NCBI GenBank assembly: GCA_001662655.1
Contig: KV460221.1
Length of the DNA stretch: 64,000 bases
Reading direction: 5' to 3' (one strand)
Source: Pseudogymnoascus verrucosus
Lineage: Eukaryota
The notes beneath the pieces are model-generated. The model saw nothing but the letters and a program-made list of their open reading frames with translations. It did not search any database and was not told the DNA's origin. This document shows, one piece after another, positions 36,921 to 49,937 of this stretch. Numbering within the stretch: position 1 is the stretch's first letter; each line of letters opens with the position of its first letter. A program made the position numbers and the translations under genes.

Positions 36921-37062
36921 ACTATGACCCTGACCCTCTCGCCTCCCTATAACCCTGACCCTCGCGCCTCTCTATAACCCTGACCCTCTCGCTCCCTATA
37001 ACCCTGACCCTCGCGCCTCTCTGTAACCCTGACCCTCTCGCCTCCCTATAACCCTGACCCTC
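36921..37062. repeat. ~25-bp tandem repeat (about 6 copies) built on telomere-like TAACCCTGACCCT
   Basis: Unit CTATAACCCTGACCCTC(T/G)CGCCTC(C/T) read directly from the sequence. Confidence 0.85.
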
Positions 37063-37265
37063 ATCACGAACACGCTCCGCGACGGGGTTATAACCTTGCT
37101 ATCTCTGAATTTATGCATTGAAAACTCTTCTTCACCTATCACACTGCTTACTGAATACCATTTCCATTGCCTTGTAAACTCCTGTCTCGATTCTTCCCTC
37201 ACCCCCTTCTTTGTTCGCTCCTCTGCCCCCTTTCCCCTGAACTCTCGTCTCGTAACTCTTTCTGT

Positions 37266-38219
37266 CTAATACATAACTACCCAATCCTCGGCCATTTCAT
37301 CCCATCCCGCTTGTTCGGCCTCCCTCCACCTCCACCCAAAACAATCCCCTTCCCACCCTTCGAAATTTTCCTTCTCCTTGCACCCCTCCCCCTCTTCTTG
37401 ACCCTCCTCTTCACTCCAACTTTCGCTATCCTCTGTAACATCATCTGGAATTTTCTTCGGATCCATCTCTCTCGCTGTGTCCTCCTCTGCTGCTGCATCA
37501 TCCATCGCTGCCTCCTCTGCTGCTGCATCATCCATCGCTGCCTCCTCTGCTGCTGCATCATCCATCGCTGTCTCCTCTGCCGGTGCCGCCTCTTCCACCG
37601 CATCCTTCTCTGCCGGCGCCGCCTCCTCTGCCACCTCCACTATTCCCTTGCCCCCAATACATTTCCTTTCATCCACAACCCAACATTCATACGTTCCTTC
37701 TCCACCCCACTACTGTACCGGCACTTCATCCCATATGTGACCCTCCGTCTCCCTATGCATCTCATACAAATGATGTTCAACTTCCTCCACCGTCCTCGCC
37801 GGTAACTCATTGCAAAACCGGCACTGAAACCTCTTGAACACCTCCAACCCTTTCTGCGGGCCCAAACCATTCACTGGTAATCTCTTATTACTCGGTCTCC
37901 AACGCCATCCCACTTCTTCACCAATCACGTCCGCAATCCTCTTCGACAAAACCCCTTCCACGTTGTGTCTCCTCTGCAAATGCCTTTGGACCGCCTGTGC
38001 TTTGATTGCCTTCCTGCACCCTTCGCCAATGCAAATTACTTTGTTGTACTCTTCATTCATGATAAAAAATCTCTCCAACGCTGCTTGCACCTGCTGCGCT
38101 GTCCGCGACGTGTCTCCGCCTACTAACAATCCCTGCTGGTTGCTCATCTTGCGCTCCTGCTCATGTCCGTTGGGTTGATATGATGTTGAAATAACCTCCT
38201 CGATCACCCCATTCCACAT
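37266..38219 (-). pseudogene. DUF3505-like double C2H2 zinc-finger gene with acidic repeat tail; one in-frame TAG at 37710
   Basis: VICIGEGC..RHLQRRH, FQCRFC..HHLYEMH, VPVQ*W continuing in frame into 30-bp repeats encoding EEAAMDDAAA. Confidence 0.65.
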
Positions 38220-38540
38220 ATCCTGATGCGGCTCCTGACGTCACCTCCCGTCCCATACCCGTCCCGTCCTACATGCTGTGATATCACTTACTACAACAAC
38301 CAACCTGCCTGCGCCCCTGAAAACAACTGCTATTTCTCTGCGGATCGTATTTTCGGGTCTACCTGCTTGTCCTGCAAATATCCCTAACTCTTCACCCTCC
38401 ATGTTATAAACGCGTCTGGGCGGCGTTGTCAAATGATTCAAAAACGGGAAACCGAACGTCCCTACCGCCTTTCCCTTTGTTAAATCTGCCCCCCTTCTCA
38501 TCTACTTCCATCCGAAACCCTTGCCAATTTCCACCATCTT

Positions 38541-39119
38541 CTACGCAACTACCCATTCGTCTCCCAACCCAACCCTTTTCAATCCCTCCTTGATTATCTC
38601 CAACTGCCAATCGCCAAACTCTTCTGTGTGCCCCTTCTGAACCTGGCAATCCTTCTCCCGCTCTTCCTTCTCCACAACCCATAATTCCGGACGCTTGCCC
38701 TCCCGACCAACCCACGACTGCATTGGTACTGCCTCTATCGAACATCCTTTCATCTCTCCATGCCCCATCAACTTCCAATGCTCTTCCACCTCCACTACTG
38801 ACCTCGAATTGAAATTGCGGCAAAATTTGCATCTGATTCCATCAAACACGTCCAACCCTTCCTGTGCACGCTTTCCATCCTCCGGCTTCAACCCTAAACA
38901 ATCCACCCAACCCCAATGACTTGCACGTATATGCTTCTCGACCTTGTTTGCCATATCCATCTTAACCCCGTGCTTCTTCTTCAAATGCTTCCCTATAAAC
39001 CCCACTGTCACCCCCACCATACATTCCTTGCAAATCAACCTCTGGTACTTTGCGTTATCTATGAATAACGTCGACCACTCCTCCAATAACTCCAACATTT
39101 GCTTATCGCTGTCGCTCAT
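38541..39119 (-). CDS. DUF3505-like double C2H2 zinc-finger protein
   Basis: LICKEC..KHLKKKH, GIRCKFC..EHWKLMGH, VPMQSW. Paralogous to 37266-38219 and to the N-terminus at 44114-44662. Confidence 0.65.
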   Translation of the reverse strand: MSDSDKQMLELLEEWSTLFIDNAKYQRLICKECMVGVTVGFIGKHLKKKHGVKMDMANKVEKHIRASHWGWVDCLGLKPEDGKRAQEGLDVFDGIRCKFCRNFNSRSVVEVEEHWKLMGHGEMKGCSIEAVPMQSWVGREGKRPELWVVEKEEREKDCQVQKGHTEEFGDWQLEIIKEGLKRVGLGDEWVVA

Positions 39120-39949
39120 TGTCGGTTCTCGCACTGCCTTGCTTGCTTATGTCGGTATAACTGGTGCTGTGCTGTGCTGGGCTTGTTGGAATATATATCC
39201 TACCCCAACCCCCTTGTTTTTACCCACCCCAAAACCGCCGCCCTCCTATGTCTCACTGTCATGTATGTCTCGTGTTGCCTGCGTCAATTAACCAAAATCC
39301 TAAACATCCTCTACGCCTTTGCCTGGATGGATGGATTTGGGCTATGGGTTGGAATGTGCCTACCCTCTTTCCACTTCCGTCCATAACTCCAACCCTACAA
39401 TTAACCCCTTTCTTATTCCGTGACCTCCCGGCTGTCGCCATTACATGCTCTCGACGCCTGTGGTTGCCGTGGCTGGGCCTCACTGGAATGCAATCCTCAC
39501 CCTGTCATCCCAATATAACCCATCCCTTGCTGACCTCTTATGCTGACCTCATGTTGCTGACACCAAATGTATCATCAATCTTAAAAACGTATATACGTCC
39601 ATGCGGACAACCCTCCAAATTCTATTTTAAACGCCCAATGTGCTTGTCATCATTGCACACGTTGAACCCATGTCTCTCTCAATTGCAATCGCCCCATCCT
39701 ACATTCTCCACCAAATTCACCAACCCCCAATTGTAAAATACACTCCTACGGTATCCTAAACAAATCCTTGTCCTTATTATCTCTAACAACCCGTGATTGA
39801 TATTATTCGCATATTATCAAATATGATTTTATTATCTTATTATTTCAAATTTTTCCCACAAAATTTAAAAATGACCTACTTATTACATTCCGTTAATTAA
39901 ACTATGCAATTTTTCAATATCGTCTATCCAACCATGTTATTCCCGTCAA

Positions 39950-42900
39950 TTAATTATTCCAACTCTCTTCATCTGAATGCTGGCTGGCTAACTCCTTGAA
40001 CGCCCTGATCAAATTATTACCCTCGATCCCTCCCCACTCAACCTTCTTCCCCAACCACTGCCTTTCTGACTCCATATCATCCCGGATGTCATATCCGTCT
40101 CTCTCTGCCCTTTCGTACAACCAACCCAACGCTGCTTGCCCCGTAATCATCATCATGCTCCAAAATGCCGGCACAATCACATTTGGGTATTGACACTCCT
40201 GACTGTCGTCTTCCTCCCACTGTCTGCGCTCTTCCTTGTCCTCTTTATGCTTCCAATGCTCGCAAATCGCTTGGGGTGTATAACAACGCAAACAACACGA
40301 AAACCTCTCCATACTCCTCTTCTGCTGAACTGCTCTAATAAAATCGTCGATCCATTTCCGAACGCCCTGCACCCCGGACGCTGTACACTGCCCAATTAAA
40401 TGATCCGTGCTGGTATACTTGCAAATATAACAATACACACACCGCTTGCTGAACCTCTCCAATTCCCGCTCCAATTCCTCCACTTCATATATCTCCTGCT
40501 TTTCCTTCTACTGCACGGTGAAATCAATCCAATCCCTCTCCCTATCCTGTCAATTGAATTCCATTTCTTCCCAGCTTACAAACCCTAGGCTTCCTTCTGG
40601 GCTGTCTTTGGACGCTTCATACTCGATTAACTCCCTGGCTTTTGAACGTTGGCACAAATCACACCACTCCTCACCCTCCACACAACCTTTCCGGTGCAAA
40701 TTGTCATCCATCACCCGATCGATGACTACTCGCCGGCATCTGCTTCAGACGTACTCCTCAACCTCACGCGCCATCTCCTCCTCCTCCCTATCCCCCGTCT
40801 CCTTTTTATGCCGGTAAACGACGGGTCGCGCCCCACCTAACTCCCGGCTGTTAATCCCCCTTCGGCGCTTAGCTGACTCCTCTGGTAATAATACAATCGC
40901 CTCGCTAGGCAACCCATCTCTCCCCGCCCGTCTGCTGTCCTGTACATAATTGGCCAAATCCCGTGGCATTCCGGCATGCACAACCGCTCTGGTGTCTCCG
41001 GTGTCGATTCCCAACCCTAATGCATTGCTGGCCACCACAACCCGCCTCTCTTTGCTCCCGCTCTTCCACTCGCTCAATCTCTTGTCCTTCCCGCTCCGGT
41101 CGTACACCTTGGCATGATACAACATGTCCCTAATGCTTCGCTCAACTTCTCTGCCTCCTTAATCTCCTGGCTGTAAACAATGATTTTCGCCGGTGCGGGA
41201 TACTTGATCTTCAACTGCTCCACCAAATCGACAACGGCGCTGATTACACTGTCGTCTGCCTCCCCCCCTTCCGTGCGCTTGTATGTTCGGATCTGATACT
41301 AGATATTCGGACGGGTTGTGGCCTCTCGGATCTTGAAAACCCCTGGCCCAATGATGTTCATGCTCTGGCAAATCTTCTCCTCATGCCGCGGCTGTAATGT
41401 GGCTGTCAAAAACACCACCTATGTCCCTATACGCACTAATTTACCTAAATGCTGCATTGTTAGCCAGAATGTGGCACTGCTAGCTAATACTGTCTGACAC
41501 TCGTTGATAAAATCCGATCTAATCGATGCGTGTCCCGCAACAATCTAATAAAATCCTAGAACCCCTTTCGTAACACTGACTCTAGCGTGACGAATACAAT
41601 CGATGCTAGCTTAATCGTCTTTCCTGATTGCTAAATCACGCTGGTAATCCTGCACCTATCACATCGGTCTTTCATGTCCGTCTGTAATGACTGTAACGGG
41701 ACAACGACAATGGTCGTCCCTCCTTAGATGCAAAATGCCAGCAACATGAACAACAAACTCTTCCCGGAACTAGTGCCCATCACCACTAACATTAGGCTTC
41801 TTCCCTAGAAAATGGCCGTGATGGCCTTCTTTTGCTCCCCGCGGAACTGGCTGCCTTCACCCATATATGCCTCAAATTCCTGCTGGACATTCACCCGCTG
41901 CATGAACTGCCGCCGTCGAATCTGCATCTGCTGCATTGCCTCATCGTATAATGACCGGGTCGGCCTCACCCTGCCCAAATTGCCCACCTTGCTACCCGTC
42001 GATGGAAACTTCAAAAACTGGTGCCACTCCTAGCTAATAACCCGAAACTTCATCCGTTGGCTCCCCCTTTCCCCTAGGGCTTCTGTTATTAACCTCCTAT
42101 ACATGGCCTCACCCATCTGGGCTGAATGCCCAAACTGCTCCTCCTAAATCTCATCTGCTTCATCTTTCCACTCCTCGTCTAAATCGAATTCGAATGGGTG
42201 CTGCAAAAACCTCTAGCCAATGGCCTCTATAAAATTCCTCTATGCGTTGATGTTCATCGCGACGTTCATCCCCTTCCTACACTCCCGCCGAATGATGCCC
42301 CGCATTCGCGCGGATGTCCATTCCCTCTTCTAAATACTGGCTGACTTGTAAACCTCATTGTCAATGATCTCCAACCCATCTCTCCGTACGGGTGGCTCCG
42401 CCTCCTCTAAATCATCTCCTTTCTCCTCTGACTGTACAGGCTGCTTTGCTGCCTTCGCTTCCTCCCTTTCTCTCTTCTCCTCTAATGCCGGTCTCCCCTA
42501 AATAAACGGGCTACCCTAGAATCCCAGATCGACCGAAATCTGGACCCTCTCCCAAAACGGCAATACTAACCACAAATAATACATCGTCAACTCCCTAACC
42601 TCCCGTGGCAACCAATGATGCACAATCTTCATATTGCCTGTTTGCATGTAATTCTTATCCGCTCGGGGGGGTTGCTGGTGTTCTAGTGCCGAACGCTCAA
42701 TATGCTTAGGGCCCGACATGGCTGTCCTCCGGTGAAATGCCAACCGAACAACATCAACTCCTGCAATCGAACTAAATCGCGCTCGAATTTCATGATTCTT
42801 CGTTGCCGCCACCTGATGGGATCTGTCGACTAGACAAACTGCCGTTTCAAATCGGGCCTCTGCATGATTCGCCTCCACAACCACCACGGTCCGTCGATAT

Positions 42901-44662
42901 TGGATTGGTTTCGAACATCATCCAAAAACGACCACCCAACCCGGCTCTCGGCCATATTATCTCGTAAATTAGCCCATTCAATCTGCGGAACCTGACCCTC
43001 GTTGATGTCGCTAAACGCGTCTAACGGGATCATCATCAAATCCCGCATCAAAATCATCCGGGCCTCCCTCACCACCCCATGGATCGTCGTCTACAACTGG
43101 CCCATGTTGAACTCCATCTAATACCTAAATATTCTATCTCTAATCCACGAAATCTCACCATCCGCGGTCGTATTCGCTCGGATCGCCATCCTGTATGTTC
43201 TTTTGCTAATGATCCAATCCATTAGGCTGGGATCTCTCGTCCCACCCTCCAACCCCATGAACCGGTCTACCATTTGCCAGATCAACTAATACGGTGACTC
43301 GGTGGTCTCAATCGCCTCATCTTCCTCAATTCCAACCAATTTGCATGCGGCAATCTTTCGGGTCCACGTCTGATAACCCTCTTCCACCACCAATGCCTGG
43401 GCAATCTTGATGATGGCGGAATATATTGTCGTGTAATGGATGGCCGCAACCTACGTCTCTCCCGGCCTAATGCCCAAAATGGACAAACCGCTGATGATTG
43501 CGCTGTCATATGGGTTGCCCACCAACCGGTGGTCTAACAACTCGATGCAAAACCTCAAACACGCGCGGTCCAACTCCTCTATCTGCTCTCGTTCCTCCCT
43601 GCTCAACTCCTCCTTCACCTCCACCCCTTCGAAATCCTCGGCCTTCTGCATCAACTTAACGAATGCCTTCCCCTGACCTTGCGTGAATCGGTACGGTGGC
43701 CTCTCCTCCTTCTCCCAATCCAACTCTACATGCACAACGAAACTCAACATCTGCTTCTAATACGCCTGGTAACTCAAATGGGTGCGGTCCTTTAAATCCA
43801 TATAAAACGGGTTTTCGCCTCTCTTTCCATACTCTGTGGCATTGACGCGGAATAACGCGGCCTCTCCTACCACTTCTTCAACGACATGCTTCTGGCACTC
43901 GTCCATCACCCTGTCGAAACTCTGATGGATTATTACCAACTCTTCCTCCTCTTGTGCATCAACGGGTTCGATCAACGCCCTCAACTTGTCCCGGTCTAAC
44001 CCCCGTAAATTCTCGTCAAATTTGACCCGCCTCAACCACAGATTGGGCTCCTGGGATTTGTCCGACACCTCGATCTTCTTCTTGACCTCTCTGTTCACCT
44101 TGTCAATCCGACGCTAGATCTCCTTCTCCATCTTCACCTCGGGACCTTCGGGGCTGGGTGCGGGCTTCTTCTTGTCCTCCACCCTGAATAAATTTGAATG
44201 CAAACCGTGGGTGAAAAACCTCTGGCAATGAACCCCCTTCTCCCACAGTACTTCCTTCTTGGAATCTCGTTTGGGCCGGCCTTTCCTGCGTGGATTAACC
44301 CAACCGTGAACATCCCGATAATGTTCCCGTATGGGTTGCTCAAACCGGCTGACGAATGGGCACTTCTCCCCGTCTTTCTCGAATGTGCAACCCAACCCAT
44401 CGGTCTTCGGTTCCTCTAACCCAGGGATTGCTTCCGTATTTCGGTGTTGATATTTGAATTCAACCTGACCTAACATATACTTGTTTCGTATTAACCCCTC
44501 TATCTTTGCCACCTTTTCGAAAATGCGCTTCCGGCTCTCCTTGCTTAATCCATGCACCGGCTCTCTTGTGAAATGGGCGTCGATCTCACTAGGCAATACT
44601 GCAAACTGGCACTTCTTGCAAATAATCACTCGAAATTCCGGCAAATGGATGAACTGATCCAT
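39950..44662 (-). pseudogene. Telomere-linked-helicase-like multidomain gene: DUF3505 zinc fingers, tyrosine-recombinase-like domain, RecQ helicase and Cys-rich tail; RIP-type stops
   Basis: IICKKC..DAHF; HFTGGQPCRA; A*RNF; QFGHSAQMGEAMY; Walker A MGTSSGKS; NECQ (degenerate DECH); LTAT; SNALGLGID; QDSRRAGRDG; RQC-like CRR..C..CDLC. Confidence 0.85.
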
Positions 44663-44961
44663 TTTGAATGCTTTTACTACACTACGTACGGGCTCTAGGC
44701 CCTACTTTAATTCCTACAAAACCCTTATGATTCCCCTATTTCACCTTTAATTGATGTCTCACCCAACCCGCCCTTGTAAACGCCACTCGCTCCGTCCCGC
44801 CTGGTAACCCTAACCCCAACGTGGGGTTAACTGTTCCCCGAATAACTCAACAACCAACGTTGATCTCGTAATTCTGCGACCGGCAATGGCTTCGGACGGG
44901 TTGACTTACCTATAATCCAACTTGACGGGTTCTGCGGGCTTCAATTGGGTAACTTACTTTT

Positions 44962-45052
44962 AAATAAAATCGACCCCCTGGTTTAAATGAAATCGACCCC
45001 TGGTCTTTTGACCGCCCGATTCTGCCACCCACCCATTTTAATGAAATCGACC
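44962..45052. repeat. Three short direct repeats AAT(A/G)AAATCGACC upstream of the helicase gene
   Basis: Copies near 44963, 44986 and 45040. Confidence 0.7.
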
Positions 45053-45699
45053 ACGATTTCTTTTACCTTTAATAGTAGATTAGTACGACGGTGCGCACAG
45101 ACACGCCGACGTACTCTTCACTAGGAAAGTGTGGCTGCTGAAGATTCCGCGTTCCACTCCTTTCAGAACTGATCTGTGGCTTGTCACGGAATAACTTGAC
45201 CACGATTGTCTTAGTCAGCGTCTTCATCACTGTCACCAACTAGGCTCTGCGGATATAAGTCTTACCTCGGACAACATGTGACGACCACGGCATCGCTTCA
45301 GACGAAAGAATGGCAATAGCATGGCTACAAGCATCCATGTGGCACTGCGGAGTTTCTTCTATAATTAGGGAACCCCCCTCTCACGGCAATGGTTACTGGC
45401 TGCTTGTTTGCAAGAAGTGGCAATTCTTCTGTCATGCAATACTCGGCCCTTCTGCTCTATAAACTACCAGAAGGTAGTAGCTTTCCCTTTTTGGCGTTAT
45501 CGTTCTTACCTCTTTCTCGATTGGGCGTTGGCTCTTCCTGTGCCTGGCGTTCAGCCGCTCCCTCACGTGCATGAGCGGGGTTTTCCTAGGAAAGAGGCTC
45601 GTATCGAAGCCTTCCAAGACGCCTCTCACACATTATGGCTGCCACGCTGTGCCCTGGGGTCGACTAGGCGAGTATACTCATTGGTTGGGATACCATGTA

Positions 45700-46030
45700 A
45701 TAGTGAAACCTCCTGGAGTGCGCATTGACATACCTTCTAGAGTGCGCATTGACATGAAATGTGGAATCTTTTGGGCATGTACGAAGTACTTAAGGCCCCA
45801 ATCCTTAATCTCCTAATGAGTTTGGTTAAGCCAGTGGCAGTACTTCTATTAAAATACCCTATTATCTTCGTCATGGAGGCTCAAGAAGGCCCCAACGTCT
45901 TATTACCCCTACAACGAAGCTTATTTTCCTGGTTAAAGCCTGTTACTTTCGAGCTAGCTCAATCTCCATTGCTGTATGCCAAGCTTCCTACTGTCGAATG
46001 GTGGAAGGAGATAGAGTTTCCAGTTTAAAC
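45700..46030 (-). mobile_element. Possible pogo-type transposon end
   Basis: TA followed by tandem GAGTGCGCATTGACAT x2; degenerate stop-ridden adjacent frame. Confidence 0.35.
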
Positions 46031-46256
46031 ACTAGTTGTATAAAGGTGTTTTGCTATCACCTAGTGTTTTCCCTCCACTATTTTACAAACAACTTCATTC
46101 TTTTGTTGTTTGGGTTGATTTCACATCTCCGTACTTTCATTACTGCTGCATCAGATATTTGCACCTACATTCGTTACTAGTTCATGTTATTCCGAGGTCT
46201 TCATCGTATCAGTATATTTAACAACTCACGATAATACAACGATCGAAAAAGCGATC

Positions 46257-48855
46257 ATGAAATCCCTCCTATACGGCTTGGCCGCCTTTTCGCTTTGGCA
46301 GACTGGTTTAGCGGTCAAAGACTCGAATGGCAACTACATTCTCAAACCTGTCACAGATCCGAGTCTTCTTAGCGTGAGAGATCCAGAGAGAACAATCACC
46401 ATCTTGGAACCAATCCTTCCAAGCGAGATGGGACTTCACCGAAGGGCCGGCCATTTTCCAGTCGGGCTTCAAAATGACACTAGCATATTCTGGGGACAGG
46501 GTGGCAATGGTATGGCGTTCCTCCTTCACGCAGTAGAAAAATATCTAACACTGACATAGGCTCCAACGTGATGGTCAATTTGACGCTGGCAACCGGCGAA
46601 ACCCAAATGATTCTGTCGATGGACCACTTCAAGGAAGAACTTGCAAGTGTGATCTGCGATGATGATCTAACCCTTACTTTCAAGGACGAGACGACGTACC
46701 AAGACGCCATAGACGACTGGGAGTGGGTCAACTTCGAAGAGAAGCGCACATTCATCATGATAGTCAACTACGGTGGTTGCTCTTCAGAAAGTGGTCGACA
46801 ACCCTGGGTTGTGACCGCTGCCACATACGATAATGCAAACTTTCGCGTCGAGTTCACAGCCAATCAAACGGAATGGTATGACCTGAACAATCCATACGAG
46901 ATCGAGTGGGGGACATACACTCCTCTCAGTCAATCTGCACTTGCAGCTCGCTGGAATCCTTTCGACGCTCTCAACGACCTCACATCGCCAAATTCGAGCC
47001 CCGAGTTCGATGTAAATCTCGCACACAGTATCCCAGAGACATTATGGGAGAAGACTACAGCTTCAGGTTTGGATCTTACCATTGGCTGCGATGCATGCGG
47101 AACTACAGGAAAAATCACAATCGCTGGCAAGCTCAAGGGATCGCTTCTGAGACTGTCCATCGACGAAGCTTACGTCCAGGCGATCCCGTCAAACATAAGA
47201 GCTGATTTCAACCCCTCCTTCACTGTTGCTGGTGAGTTGGTAGGGGGCTGGAAGAAGAGCTGGGACATTCTCAAAGTTCCTCTTTCCGAATTTAGCATTC
47301 CTCTTGTCTTCAGCGTCGGTCCTGAGTTGAGGCTCAGTGCTGGGTTCGAGTTGAGCGGGGTGCAAGGTTCTGCAACAGTTAAGACTGGCATCTCGGCCAG
47401 GATTCCGGATTCTGCCACAGCCAAAGTAGATTTCCATGGCAGTGGTACCCACGTTGATGGATGGAAGCCCGATATCACGACGAAGCCCATCACCTTTGAG
47501 GCAGAGGTTCAAGGTACACTAGCAATTTATACTGCTATTGGCGTTGATATTGGCATGACGGTCTTCAGTAAGCATATGTCCCCCACGCTATCGTAGAAAT
47601 AATTTACTAACTCTCGTTGTAGAGAAAATCGACTTTGGTGTTGGTCTCGAGCTGCAAGTACCGAAAGTCACAATGACGCTTGGCGCAGAGTTCAGTGAGT
47701 ATCAACGGATCGTATCAAACATAGCCTGAAGCTTATATTTTAATAGACTCAGCAGGCGAGGTTTGCCCCAACCGCCCCGAGATGTTTGGAGTCAAATTTG
47801 ACGCGAGCATTGGTGTTGATCTCAAGATCCAAGGATGGAATGGCGACAAGGACAGGCCATTCTTTGAGGAGGACCTCTGGAACGCTCCAGACCTCTACAA
47901 GTTTCCTCACGTCTGCATTCCATTTGAGTTCGGTACCAAGTCTCCCATTAGCTTGACCAAGTTGGTATCTGTTCCAACATCAACCAAGGTTGCATCAACT
48001 ACTTCTGAGACACCAGCTCTAACGAAGGAGCCTGTTACCACTGGGGAGCCTAGCAAAGCCACCTCTACTAAGGAACCCGCTACAATTGAACCTAGCAAGC
48101 CCACGACCAGCACAAAGCTTACTTCCGAGGAGCCAAGCAAACCTACAACACTCATTCATTCTACAACTGAGGTTACCACAATTGAGCCTACTAGAAATCA
48201 AACCGCTATCACCGTCGTTGAACCAACTACCACAGGGGGATCTAGTACAGGGACTGCCAACCCTACTTCTATTGAGCGTACAACTACCGGCCATCCCCCC
48301 ATTGGCACTGGACCCATAGTTCCTTCAGGAACAGGCCCCGCAGTAAATACTTATCCTCCGACCAGTGGTAAGCCAGGTGGTCCAATCCTCTCGAACTCAA
48401 CTGGTATCTGGATCTCAAAGCAATCGTCCCCGACAACGACTCCAATCATTGGGTACTTCCCACAGCCACCTACGACTGTAACTGCACCTATCACCGACTA
48501 CTTCCCTGAGTCAACTGCGGGCCCCTATAATCCTGGTAAGCCAGACGGTAATCAACAAGGTCCTGGCGAGGGAGATCCCAATACAGGCCCAACCACCACC
48601 ACTATAACAACCTCACCAACATACCCAACGCTCGTTCCCGGCCCCGGCAAACCACCAGGAAATTACAACTCCACCATCACAACTAGCACCTTCACATCCA
48701 GCTACAATATCTCCACATCAGCTATCCATTATACCACGCCGCCAGTACCTACGACTAGCTTGCCGGTGTATGGGTATGGTTATGGGAATGGGGGACCTGA
48801 GGATCATACGAAGGGTTATAGACCCAGGGGACGCTTGGCGAGACATTTGGTTTGA
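46257..48855 (+). CDS. Secreted beta-rich protein with Thr/Pro-rich tail (recalled as DUF7029/DUF7223-like)
   Basis: Signal peptide MKSLLYGLAAFSLWQTGLA; introns 46510-46559, 47568-47622, 47695-47746; AIDDWEWVN, GC..RQP, CDACGTTG; mucin-like C-terminus. Confidence 0.8.
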
Positions 48856-49937
48856 AAAATTCATAGTGGTGGACTAAAGTGTCGAGATGGGATGTGATTA
48901 ATTCTATTGTGTAGTTTGAGTGGGTTATAGAATTTGGGAATGTTGGGTAATAGATGGGATTATAGATACCTGTAGGATATGACATGGGGCGATCTTAGAT
49001 TCGAGAGGGAAGGTCTTCTTGTAATATTATACTATACTGCAGTGTGATAATAATTCTAACGAGTTACAGTCAGACTGTTCACATTTTGAGTTCCGATAAT
49101 TAGTAGAAGTTTGTGAAAAGCGCCTATCAAATGCATTGTTCTTCTCTACTGCTGTAACTATTATATAGCTACAGTAACTGCAGTCAACGATGCTCATCCT
49201 CCCCCTGTATTGCATTCTGCTATTCACAGGTGCAACTTGGAGTGGTCAATATTAGCCATGAAAGAAAAGATCATTGCTACCGGGACGATCCCAAAGAGTG
49301 CATAGTTCACCATTGCGCAGGTGGTCTCAAGATCTTGATGCTGATGACACGATGAGACGGTTATATGATGATACCAGCGAACACCACCCAATAATGACCG
49401 CATTGAGCTGGAGTTGTGCTATACGCACGAAAGAATGAAAGGTATGATTCTCTGGAAGAGCCACCAGTTGCACATTCATTTCCGCGATGAAGACGCAGAG
49501 GCATTTCGACGAGATCCTACGGTTCAGTTTCTCTAGCACAACGTTAATAGTACGAGGACATATGTGGGATTAGTCTATATATTAATAAATTGACTCTCAT
49601 CTCCTTAACTTAATAACTTCATTAAATAAAGTGTCACTGTCGATGTCCCCTATTTTATGTTAGTATTGCTGAGATACTGCGTTATAAAATTCCTCATTTT
49701 TAGTGAGAAATGGCGAGATTACCGTGATGTGGGATGGGACCACCAGAAACGTCAAGCCCTCAGCCTTGACAAGACTTCCCCATGCTCATGATTTGGCTGC
49801 TATCGCATTGCAACTCGGCCTTTGTTTACATAACTGAATAACCGAATAATGTGCTTCTCTTATTCTTAGACTAGAATCTCCCTGCATTCAGCTGTGATTT
49901 CTTCCTGGTGCTCCTGTATACAGTTCTTCCAGGTTCA

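Noticed and set aside
36921..37062. CRISPR-like array
   Set aside because: Eukaryotic tandem repeat with no unique spacers and no cas genes.
37167..37837. Plus-strand Cys-rich and Ala/Ser-rich ORFs
   Set aside because: Antisense shadows of the 30-bp acidic repeat.
36810..45080. Helitron or Starship call for the helicase element
   Set aside because: Helicase is SF2 RecQ, not Pif1. No HUH Rep motifs, no 3' hairpin with CTRR, and no DUF3435-like captain recognised.
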